DNA of 64,000 nt from Octopus sinensis (lineage: Eukaryota), in assembly GCF_006345805.1 (NCBI RefSeq), contig NC_043014.1:38626001-38690000 (forward strand), in the 5' to 3' direction. The notes beneath the pieces were generated by a model. That model saw nothing but the letters and a program-made list of their open reading frames with translations. It did not search any database and was not told the DNA's origin. The position numbers and the translations under genes were made by a program. This document shows positions 13,314 to 24,254 of this stretch, in pieces (position 1 is the first letter of the stretch; every line of letters starts with the position of its first letter).

Positions 13314-13400
13314 CTTTTCCACGTTAACATGAGTGTGGGATGGAATTTGTTGAGGCAGATTTTCTATGGCCAGATGCCATTCCTGTCACCAACCTTCTAA
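13314..13400 (-). mobile_element. Remnant of a (GAT)n-tailed RTE-type 3' end
   Basis: TTTTCCA..G..ATG...GATGCCATTCCTGTCACCAACC resembles the tail copies at 34022, 59520 and 17360. Confidence 0.55.
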
Positions 13401-13578
13401 GCAAGGTAATATTTCCTATTGCCAAATAATATTTCCACGTGACCAGAGATGTTTTTTGCAGAATACTGAAAATCAATGTAAAAAAAAAAAAAAAAAAGAA
13501 AGAAAGAAAGAAACCAACCAAAGATTCTGTTACAAAAAGAAAAGTTCTGTAAGTCTATCATAAAAGCAAAGCACATAC

Positions 13579-13649
13579 CTGATGGAGTGCAGTTAATCCA
13601 TCTTCGTTAGTCAAATCAGGGTTGACATTATTCATTAGCAGCTCTTGAA
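13579..13649 (-). CDS. PPP1R16A: Second coding exon (71 nt) of the PPP1R16 gene, first ankyrin repeat
   Basis: Not in the ORF track; found by reading the minus strand. tttacttctttcag| acceptor and |GTATGT donor. With the phase-1 G from exon 1 it reads VQELLMNNVNPDLTNEDGLTALHQ, the segment expected after AARNDVDE. Confidence 0.92.
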
Positions 13650-13957
13650 CTGAAAGAAGTAAACCATAATGTTTTTAGTTTGTTTTTCTTTTTTTATTTA
13701 TTTATTTAAATATCTATTTATATTCAAAGATTTGAAGTGATAAAAAATTTAAATGATTTCCTTTCGACAAAGCAATTTCTAGAAAAAATAAATCACTCAG
13801 AGATACCATCTGCATGAAAAAAAAAAAAAATTTTTTTAAGATAGAGTTTACATATTTAATGTAGAGTGAACAGCAAAAAGATAATAAAAAATTAATAATT
13901 CAGTTAAGAAAAACAACGTTAGCTTAATGAATAAGATTACTAAAATGACTTCAGCAA

Positions 13958-14715
13958 AGGCATGGCTGTGTGGTAAGAGGCTTGCTTCCCAACCTCATGA
14001 TTCTGGGTTCAGTCCCCACTGCAAGGCACCTTGTCAGTGGATTTGGTAGATGGAAACTGAAAGCAGCCTGTCATATATATAAATATGTGTGTGTGTTTAT
14101 GTCCCCCCACCCTACCCCACCATTGCTTGACAACCGGTGTTGGTGTGTTTACATCCCCATAAGTTAGTGGTTCGGCATAGACTAAGTACTACACTTAAAA
14201 AAATGCCCTGGGGTCAAATTGTCCAGAAAAAGCACTTCACACTTCTATGTGGTGCTCCAGCAGGGCTACAGTCAAATGACAAACAAATAAAAGAATAAAT
14301 ACGGGAGAGTACTCAGGGCATGTTTCAGTCTTATTAAACCTCCTTAGTGAACTCAAGGCTTCGCTGTGCTTGCTGAAGAACTGCTAAGTAGATCCATATG
14401 TGTGTGTGTGTGTGTTTTTGTTTCTCACTCCATCCCACCCCACCATTGCTTGACAACCGGCGTTGGTGTATTTACGTCCCCGTAACTTAGCGTTCCAGCA
14501 TAAAGACCGATAGAATAAGTACTAGGCTTTAAAAAAATAAGTCCTGGGGTCAAATTGTTCAACAAAAACACTTCAATATGGTGCTCCAGCAGGGCAACAG
14601 TCAAATGACAAACAATTAAAAGAATAAATACAGGAGTGAACCCAGGACATGTTTCAGTCTTATTAAACCTCCTTAGTGAACTTAAGGCTTCACTGTGCTT
14701 GCTGAAAAACTGCTA
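13958..14715 (+). mobile_element. SINE A plus a tandem duplication of its 3' half and flank
   Basis: 14085-14390 and 14395-14715 share the SINE tail and about 100 bp of non-SINE flank. Confidence 0.75.
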
Positions 14716-15121
14716 TGAGTTGGTGTATATGTGGAAAATTAGCATATTTTAAAAACAGAAATCACTCGGTGGTGGGAACGAGAGGATTGTGGAGAAATAG
14801 AAAAATAGGAGTACAAGGTTTCACCAGCAGTAATGAACTAACTATTTAGCTGCAAAGCAAACATTTAAAGCATGGAGCAAGGAGTGTGACAATAGGAAAA
14901 GTCAGCTTCTTAGTTTTCAATTCAAATTATATTCCAATTCAATCTGACTTTAAGAAGAATCGCTTTCAAAGGCAGAGACATAAAAACAAAAAATAAAAGT
15001 TTTTATTAATTTTGTTTTAAACGAGACGTGTCAACCAAAAACAACAAAAAAAGAGTAATAAAGTATTTTTAAGCACTTTTGTTTTGCTATTTTTTCTTTT
15101 AAATAAATAATAGATTTTTTC

Positions 15122-15164
<43 letters not shown>

Positions 15165-15466
15165 TTATTCTTCAGTGTTGGTAGGAGGAATGATATTATA
15201 TTACAGGAAAGCAAAGTCATTAACACTCCTGTTGGCATCATTGGGGCATCATCTGTCATATTGATTGTGAAAAACTACCTTTTAACTAGAAGATATATAA
15301 AAAAAAACAAAAATCAGTTTAAATTGGACACTTCCTGCTTCCCCTTTAAAACTGTTAAACTTAATGGAATGACAAAAAACAAAAAGCCTTGTGAAATATG
15401 ATTGATTCAGAGACACAGACAGTTCTTCAAATATTCTAATATGTAATCAAATAAATGAAAAACTTA

Positions 15467-15506
<40 letters not shown>

Positions 15507-15980
15507 GTCTTGGTATAAAAGATGGGCTACAGCAAATATTCTGCTCAATACCACAGATTTGCGTGTCAGTTGTTTGACCGTAACCAGTTGAGCATGTCCT
15601 TTAGTGGCTGACGATATGTGCATCTTTGATCACGAGTAGAAGTAGTGGGGGAGCATCATAGCCATGTGTTGAGAGGGATGCTTTGGGGTTTGAATAGTTC
15701 ACCTCTGGAAACATGGGTGGTTCATTCAACATCCTTAAACAACCCTTAATCAGGGACCTTTTGAGTGGGATGGGTTACCCAACCAGAAGAAAATTCTAAC
15801 TGGGCCCCACCTGCAAGGTCATGCACTGTTTATCTTGTTATGAGATCACCATGTCGCGCACATATGGTTGTGATGCATGTGCCTGGTGTACCCTTATCAG
15901 ACGGGTAGTCATGATGGGTATACTGGGCTTCGTATATTTTACCCCAGTGTCATTTGATGGCATGCACTGCTCTCTCACTC
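15507..15980 (+). mobile_element. 5'-truncated non-LTR 3' fragment inserted in an (AAT)n microsatellite (R4/Dong-like targeting)
   Basis: GC-richer 474-bp block flanked by (AAT)n on both sides (15467-15505 and 15981-15995). No ORF, so the clade call is inference. Confidence 0.5.
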
Positions 15981-15999
15981 AATAATAATAATAATATTT

Positions 16000-16620
16000 T
16001 TTACTAAAGGTACAAGGCCTGAAATTTTGGGAGAAGAGCTAGTTAGTTATATCAAACACAGTATTTAACTGGTACTTATTTTATACACCCCAAAAGAATA
16101 AAAGGCAATGTCGACCTTGGTGGAATTCGAACTCAGAATGTGAAGACAGACAAAAAGCAGCTAAGCATTTTGTCTGGTGTGCTAATGATTCTGCCAACTT
16201 AGTAATAACAATAATAATAATCCTTTCTACTGAAGGCACAAGGCCTGAAATTTTGGGGGAAGGGGGACTAGTCAATTCATCAACCCCAGTGTTTCACTGG
16301 TACTTGATTTATTAACCCTGAAAGAATGAAAGGCAAAGCCAAGCTCAGCGGAATTTGAACTCAGGACGTAAAGACAGACGAAATACCTCTTTCTTTACTA
16401 CCCTCAAGGGGCTAAACAGAGAGGGGACAAAGAAGGACAGACAAACGGATTAAGTCGATTACATCGACCCCAGTGCATAACTGGTACTTATTTAATCGAC
16501 CCGAAAGGATGAAAGGCAAAGTCGACCTCGGCGGAATTTGAACTCAGAACGTACCGGCAGACAAAATACCACTAAGCATTTCACCCTGCATGCTAATAAT
16601 TCTGCCAGTCTGCTGCCTTC
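16000..16620 (-). mobile_element. SINE family B cluster including a dimer
   Basis: Repeated GAAAGGATGAAAGGCAAAGTCGACCTCGGCGGAATTTGAACTCAGAAC core; dimer junction at about 16385. Confidence 0.85.
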
Positions 16621-17619
16621 GTAATAATAATAATAGTAATAATAATAGAAGAAGACGAAGAAGAAGAAGAAGAGTTTTCTTAAAAAAAAAGAAACCCAAA
16701 AAATTTTTACAGAACTGATTACATCTCCAATTATATATTTGAATCCCAAACCCGACATATCTTAAAAATCATTACTGACTTCCTCTTCCACATTACAACT
16801 GGTTTTGATCAACTTAAGAAGTATGGCACTGAGTTTAAGTCAAAATCAGTCATCATAAAATTAGTCTTGTGTGTTGAAGAAAAAGCCAGATGTAAAATTT
16901 CTATACAGTCAGACAACTTGCCAAAAATGGTAGCCAGGTCTCAAATTATACTTTATTATCTTTAAAAAAGAAGGATACACAGTCCAAGGAAGGCTCTGTC
17001 AAAAATGATATTTTTAAAAACTAGGAATGGACAGTCACAGTTATAATACTTTAGATTATAGGTCACTCTAATTCTGTCTGTTGTTAAGTCTAGAAAGTCT
17101 ACCTAACCATTTACTAATTCAATGAACATTATGTAAGTTGAGGTAGGTTTCAAAAGATACCACATCCAATACAAAGAATTCTCTATCTTGAATATAAATA
17201 ATATAAAAGTCTGTGATAAAAAATTCTGCTCAAATATAGTTTAGATCAAACCTCTTATTAAATCAATAATCTCAGACACCAACCAGTGAGAAAGCCTTAA
17301 TGTGACCAATTGATCTGCTAGAAAGAGTACCAAATCTTCTTCACATCACATCCTACAGTTGCTATCATCATCATTATCATCAGCATTTAATGCTTTTTTC
17401 CAGGCTGGCATTTCAATGTCTTTTCTATGCTGAGTAGGATTGTTTGACAGGGAACTTGTGAGCTAGAGGGTTGAGCCAAGCCCCAATGTCATCTTCAGGC
17501 GTGGTTTCTACAGCTGGATGCCCTTTCCAATGCCAACCCTTTACAGAGTATGCTGGATGCTTTTTTTTTTTTTGTGACATCAGTACAAATGAGGTTGCCA
17601 TGTAACTTGCTAGATAGAA

Positions 17620-18492
17620 AAGAGCTGTCAACCTGCTCAAGGGCCTGTCCTCACTGCCTGTCACAACTACAGTGGGTTACACCACCCCGAAATTGGCAGT
17701 ATCAACAATTGAGGTCGATATCCTTCTCTGACGAGAGCTGGTACTTCATTTCCACCTCAGATGGCAGAGTGATGGTGTGGCATAGGAGAGGTAAATGCTA
17801 GAGACACATGTGTCATGAAGAGAGACATATGGGGTGGCCAAAGTATCATGGTTTGGGGTGCTTTAGGCCTGAATCAGAAAATTGGGCTCCATATGCTCCA
17901 AAATGTTGGTGCAGGCAGAGGGAATGGGATCACAGCACAGCACTACATTGAACAGATCCTAAGACCTCATATTGTGCCCTTCTTCACACATCACCATAGC
18001 CATGTATTCCAGCAAGACAATGCTCCCTCCCATATGGCCAGGGTCACCATGAACTTCCTGCATCAGCAGAACATCAGAACCATGCCGTGGCCGGCTCTTA
18101 GCCCGGATTTGAACCCAATTGAACACCCGTGGGACGAAGTCCAGAAACAGCTGAACCAGGTGGTCCCAAGGGTGACAACTCATGTGGAACTGGAGGTAGC
18201 TTTCCTCAGGGTGTGGGCACAGGTGCCAATGGCTTTTGTGAACTGCCTCATGCACTCCATGTACTGATGGTGTATGGCTGCTTTGAACATGGTATTGAAC
18301 ACGTCATGTCCTACAATCTCGGTATGTTGGATCCACCCACTACCAGAACACATGACAACGACCCACAGACTGCGATCAAAGTGCATCCAAGAAATTGATT
18401 TTATCAGATTTATCAAAATTTATCTCTGACATAATGAAATTACAACACATTTCACAGTCACACACGTCTCGTGTTGCTTTTGCAGTTCAGTG
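17620..18492 (+). mobile_element. 5'-truncated Tc1-family transposon, DD34E transposase pseudogene
   Basis: FSDES, QQDNAP and SPDLNPIE; exactly 34 residues between the second D and the E; frameshift near 17800; right TIR ...GCAGTTCAGTG followed by TA. Confidence 0.92.
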
Positions 18493-18669
18493 TATATACT
18501 ATCATATCATTGAAATCTAGAAGCAGTGAAATAATTCATGATTAATTCAAACCAATTTGAATAAATAAACACATTGATTGACAGAATAATCTGAATGCTA
18601 AAGGGTCAAATCTATTATTGAAATTCATTTTGTCTGGGATAAAACTTGAAGTTTTGTCTGACAGCTTAA

Positions 18670-18891
18670 CCCTCTTGTTACTGTATTTATTTTGAGATGC
18701 TCTGTGTTTCGTTCAATCAATTTTAAATATAACAAAGAATTTAGGAAAATAAATTAGTTATCATTAAGCTAGTGTTAGGAATATAAACTGTGACTAAGGT
18801 TTGGTGGAAGATTTTAATTCAAAACTTATGAAAACAAGATATTTGTACTACAGAGCCAGAGTCAGTTTCGGCTGGGTTGGTAACAAAAGGG
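18670..18891. mobile_element. piggyBac-like MITE (TTAA TSD)
   Basis: TTAA-CCCTCTTGTTAC...GTAACAAAAGGG-TTAA (12-bp TIR, 1 mismatch); second, truncated copy at 55134-55321. Confidence 0.85.
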
Positions 18892-19348
18892 TTAATGAAT
18901 AAACCACCTGACAAAACTTAACATCCCAGTTAGATCAAATTCTATAATCAATTTGTATAAAATCAAATCTATATAAAATCAAATTCTATAATCAATTTGT
19001 ATAAAATCAAATCTATATAAAATCAAATTCTATCATCAATTTGTAAATTTCAAACTGATCCAATAAGTGGAAGACATAAGGACAGAGAAAGAACAAAATG
19101 GTTGGATAATATCCGTAGTCACAGTTGGTCATCCTTGGGATTCCAGTTCAAAAGTGTAATGATGGTGGCTTCTAATAGGGGGTACCTGAGGACCCTACCT
19201 CCATGATCCTCACTTCCTGGAATTGTGGGCAGAGAAAATGGATAGGTGGATGGAATTTGTAAATAACAAGCCATCAATTCTTCAGAGTCAATGGCTTCTC
19301 ATTAGCACCATCATCATGTCACTAACGACAGGGTGTTTAAATTTATTT

Positions 19349-19573
19349 CTTTACTACCTACAAGGGGCTAAACACAGAGGGGACAAACAAGGACAGACAA
19401 ACGGATTAAGTCGATTACATCGACCCCAGTGCGTAACTGGTACTTAATTTATCGACCTTGAAAGGATGAAAGGCAAAGTCGACCTCAGTGGAATCTGAAC
19501 TCAGAATGTAATGGCAGACGAAATATGGCTATGCATTTCGCCCCGCGTGCTAACGGTCCTGCCAGCTGGCCAG
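19349..19573 (-). mobile_element. SINE family B with 20-bp TSD
   Basis: CAGGGTGTTTAAAT(T/C)TATTT at 19329-19348 and 19574-19593. Confidence 0.9.
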
Positions 19574-20204
19574 CAGGGTGTTTAAATCTATTTGCATCGA
19601 ATGCCCAGCAATGCAATAAGGTCAAATTATTCCTTTCCGTGTATCCCTTTAATCAGTTCAACCCTGGAGGGTAAAAATATATAACTAAATCAAAATTTGG
19701 AGGCCTGTTTTTGTTTTTTTGGTTTACGTTTTTATTATTTTTACTTCCTGTCAGAATATAGTTGAGCTTAGTGACATTAAAAAGTTCAACTGTAATCATT
19801 GAAGCTTGGTTAGGTAGCGGGGAAATATAAGGAGGGAAAGAAGTGGGGTTTATAGTGTCGTTTTTCTTAAAGTTAATTGAAATTGTCAAAAAAGATTTCA
19901 TGGCTAAGTGCCAAGTGCTTGAAATCTAGCCTTAGATGCTGGTACAAAGTAACTGGAACAGGAATGACTGCCACAATAGTGTTAAGTAGGACCCATTAAG
20001 ATAAGAAGGAACAAAGAAACAAATTGAAAGCACACTTCAAAAATTTAGATAAATTCTGGAATTTATAAACCTATCCAACCCATTTTTTTATAAAAGAAAT
20101 ATGTAAACTGCTGTAAGAAACTAACTCAGCAAAAGTTACCCTGAAGGTTTTCTTATGTTTAAGTGCATGGGCATGAATGTGTGTGTGTGTGTGTGTGTGT
20201 GAGT

Positions 20205-20244
<40 letters not shown>

Positions 20245-20472
20245 AGAGTAAGAGAGACAGACAGACAGAGGATATGAAACGCTTCAATTAATTAACCCAG
20301 TTTGAAGTATGTCTCTGTCACACACACATGCATGTGTGCATGCATATATACACATACAGAGTCACAGATGATTGAGTTAATAAGAAGCCAGACAACCAGC
20401 AGAAAATCTGATACTTCATAACTCTCACCATTACCAAATGCTGCACTATGCCAATGACTGCTACACTTAACC

Positions 20473-20511
<39 letters not shown>

Positions 20512-20619
20512 CTCTCTAGCTGGCTCAGTTCAACAAACTATATATAACTGGTAGAGTGTGGTTTAGGGGTATTTTGTTGCTTTTTCTAGCAGACCAAGTG
20601 ACTAGGAACAGCTCAATAT

Positions 20620-20775
20620 TAAAAGTAGAGCACTTTGTAAATTAACAAATGAGTCTTGATGCCGCAGTGTTGAGCAGCTGAAGTTTTTATAAGAATCAAG
20701 AGAAGACTTGAATGGCGGTGCCCCAGCATGACCACAGCTCGTGAGCTGAAACTAGATAAAATAAAATAAAATACA
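20620..20775 (+). mobile_element. CR1-group LINE 3' tail fragment
   Basis: GGCGGTGCCCCAGCATGACCACAGCTCGTGAGCTGAAACTAGATAAAATAAAA is near-identical to the 3' UTR of the LINE at 40540-40985. Confidence 0.7.
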
Positions 20776-21454
20776 CTTAGCAGTTCGGCAAAAGAGACCG
20801 ATAGAATAAGTACTGGGCTTACAAAGAATAAGTCCCAGGGTCGAGTTGCTTGATTAAAAGGCAGTGCTCCAGCATGGCCACAGTCAAATGACTGAAACAA
20901 GTAAAAGAGTAAAAGAGTACGAAAAAAAGACAGTGAAAAATCTACACCAGACAATCAGTCTCAGACCAGTGTCCATAATTGTCTTGGTCAACTTTGCCAT
21001 TTGTTCTCAACCCAAGCTTTGGTCTGGTTCCAACTGAAGCTGCACTTGTTAGATGTCCAATAATAAACCTAAATTACTTTAACCCTTTAAATTTATTTGC
21101 ATCGAATGCCCAGCAATGCAATATGGTCAAATTATTCCTTTCCGTGTATCCCTTTAATCAGTTCAACCTTGGAGGGTAAAAATATATAAATAAATCAAAA
21201 TTTGGAGGCTTGTTTTTTTTTTTTGCTTTTTATTATTTTTACTTCCTGTCAGAATATAGTTGAGCTTAGTGACATTAAAGTTCAGCTGTAATCGTTTCAG
21301 ATTACTTTCAGATTATTTTGTCAAATGCAATGCTTATTTAACCATATTCTCTTGAATTAATCATGTATTATCTCATAGCTTTGAGATTTTGATGATGTGA
21401 TAGATTATTGGCACCGCATAAAACGCACCCATGACAGCACCACATAGTAAGTAT

Positions 21455-21920
21455 CTGTGATGTGTTGCAGAGTCCTGGTGCCAGACGTAGGGTCTTCCAG
21501 CAGTTACCCTCTTGACCCAGAACAGCACTACCTCCTCCAGGAACTTGACATAGGCCTCTGTGCTGAGTCTGAGGCCGTGTAGGAAGATGACTGGAGGTAT
21601 AGTATTGCCATCACTAGTGATCATCCCAAGTGTCATAATGTTGACTGGATGTTTGGTTTTTATCGCTCTCTGTACATGTCCTCAGATTGACACCCAAACA
21701 CTCTGAAATGTTCATATTGGAGCTTCCATCACAAATACCAAGCAGTAACAGCATGTCATTTCCAAATTTTTGGCAGAGTGAATTGCATCATGGTGCTATT
21801 TTTCTCATAGATGGTGCCAAACTGACCCTACCATACTGTGTAGCCAACAAAATCACAAACAAACAATGCATATGCACAAAATTAAAAATATAAAATGGCA
21901 ACAATTTATCCATCACACTA
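21455..21920 (-). mobile_element. Internally deleted Tc1/mariner-superfamily element (maT/DD37D-like)
   Basis: N-terminal start MMQFTLPKIWK... joined to KHPVNIMTLGMITSDG...YVKFLEEVVL.WV...PYVWHQDSA. Third catalytic residue absent, so the family call is tentative. Confidence 0.65.
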
Positions 21921-21934
21921 TATGTATAGCGCCG

Positions 21935-22200
21935 CCTTGACTGGCTTCAGTGTCAGTGGCATGTAAAAAGCACCAACTGATCATAGCTGTTGCCATCCTT
22001 CCCTGGCTCCTGTGCCAGTGGCACGTAAAAAGCATCCACTACACTCACAGAGTGGTTGGTGTTAGGAAGAGCATCCAGCTATAGAAACACTGCCAGATCA
22101 GACTGGAGCCTGGTGCAGCCTCCTGGCTTCCCAGACCCCGGTTGAACCGTCCAACCCATGCTAGCATGGAAAACAGACGTTAAATGATGATGATGATGAT
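21935..22200 (+). mobile_element. RTE LINE 3' UTR fragment, (GAT)n tail
   Basis: Matches the 3' UTR at 59521-59880; similar copies at 26265, 30285, 34022(-), 17360(-) and 62230. Confidence 0.8.
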
Positions 22201-23346
22201 ATATATATATATATAACTTATAAAATAAGGGCAAGAGAAAAATTCTAATGCCAAACACACATACATACACACACATTTGTGTGTGTCTGTGTGTGTGTTT
22301 TTATATATATATATATATATATACATAGGCACACATACACACACATACATGTGAGTGTGAATATATGTGTGTGTGTGTGTATGTAATATATACACATAAT
22401 ACATACACACACACTGGACTTCCACACAGTTTCCATTTACCAAATTCAAAAGGCATTAAACAATCTGGGGATATAAGAGACATTTGCAACTACAAGTAGT
22501 TGCAAACTTCTGGTGTTTTCTGCCACAATCTAATTTCGGTATGTACCTTTCTTTTCTTGTTTTAAACCTTTTTATGATACCAGCCTACTCGAGACCACTT
22601 CTGATTCTAAGAAAGAAGCTTCTTGCTTTACAGTGATCTCAATTACAACCTTCCAAAAAAATTTGTTAATTTATGTTCCAAACACAAGATTACTAATGAC
22701 AAAATTATTTCACTAAATGGTCCATAACTTTTAAAATTAATTAAAACCAAAGCAGTATATTTCAACAGAAATACAGTAACAAAGAAGTTAAATAATGAGA
22801 TGTCGATGACGCATGTGTCAGTAGTAACATGTTAAGGATGTTTTAGGTGACATGCAATGGACTATGAAGAGGAAAAAAGATCTCAGTGCAGTATCATGTT
22901 ATAGAATGCTTGCTGAATTTGATAAGGAATCTTAAAAGTTTAACGTATTAACCTGAAAAACAAATGGTATTTTTCAGTAATATCAACTACTATAGTACTT
23001 TATATTACAATCCATAAATTAAAAGTTTGTTAAAAATTAATGAATTAGCAACTCATTATTGGTCACTCATACTGACTCTTATGATAAATGCATGGTTTGG
23101 TGGGTGGGGTGGGGGGGTGAATTTTAATTCTTTTTTTATTCTTCCATTCTTGTTTTCTAAATCCTATCATAATGGCATCAGCTGCTAGTGTAAAGATAAT
23201 GAATTATCACATAAAGGAATTTTCAAGATTGATTGATTGATTCAACAATATGGTGTTATTGATAAGAATGATCAAGATGTATGCATGTTGAAAGGAGCTA
23301 CGCGTGAATGCTAAAAAGCATTTTGATATTAAATACCAATCACTGC

Positions 23347-23380
<34 letters not shown>

Positions 23381-23689
23381 AATTCTGAAGATTGCAAAGA
23401 ATATCTATCTAAGCATCTAAAGTAGAAACACTTCCAATCAAAGAATTTAATTAAAATTTTTGATAGATCTAGTAGCAGCAATGCTTTTGTATCTGGTTTG
23501 CAAGATTCTTTATGTGAATTTGTGTGTTGAAACAAATTTTGTTGTATCTAGGGAGAGTCCTTATACCAATATAATTTACATACACACTGGTTCAATTCTA
23601 CTCATTAATTATTAGTCGATTGTTTAAATATCCAACTAATTAATTAAATGTTTGCTGAAGTTATTCAACCAATTGACATATATTTTATA

Positions 23690-24035
23690 TTTCTATTGCC
23701 CACAGGGAGGCTAAACATAGAGGGGGCAAACAAGGACAGACAAACTGATTAAGTCGATTACATCGACCCTAGTGCGTAACTGGTACTTATTTAATCGACC
23801 CTGAAAAGATGAATGGCAAAGTTGACCTCGGCGGAATTTGAACTCAGAACCTAACAGCAAACGAAATACCTATTTCTTTACTACCCACAAGGGGCTAAAC
23901 ACAGAGGGGACTAACAAAGACAGACAAATGGATTAAGTTGATTATATCGACCCCAGTGTGTAACTGGTACTTATTTAATCAACCCCAAAAGGATGAAAGG
24001 CAAAGTCGACCTCGGCAGAATTTGAACTCAGAACG
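23690..24035 (-). mobile_element. SINE family B dimer
   Basis: Two modules joined at AAAGAAATA|GGTATTTCG (about 23870). Confidence 0.88.
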
Positions 24036-24254
24036 TGGTTCGTAAGCAAGCTACTTACCACACAGCCACTCCTACGCCTATATTTTCATAATATTTGCAC
24101 AATATTTTCATAAAGATTCAATTCATGCGGAGTTAAGTGAAAGAATTTGCATAAAAATATATCACAACAAACATGACTTTTTCCTTAAAATGTTTTGTGA
24201 AAGACAAACAGATTTATCAAAGATACATTCAGTTACAACTGTTTCCTTAATATA

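Noticed and set aside
8199-13400. Long ORFs (741, 573, 416, 364 aa and others) rich in His/Tyr, Met/Ile or Asp/Asn
   Set aside because: They are frames of a triplet-built 33-bp minisatellite that lacks stops by composition; frames break at random indels; no splice or domain support; intronic.
17724-17740. CTGACGA-GAGC resembling a hammerhead core
   Set aside because: It is the S-D-E-S codons of the Tc1 transposase; no matching GCTC-GAAA downstream.
20380-20474. HWHSAAFGNG...EVSDFLL as an ankyrin-like exon
   Set aside because: Poor fit to the ankyrin consensus and out of order relative to exon 2.
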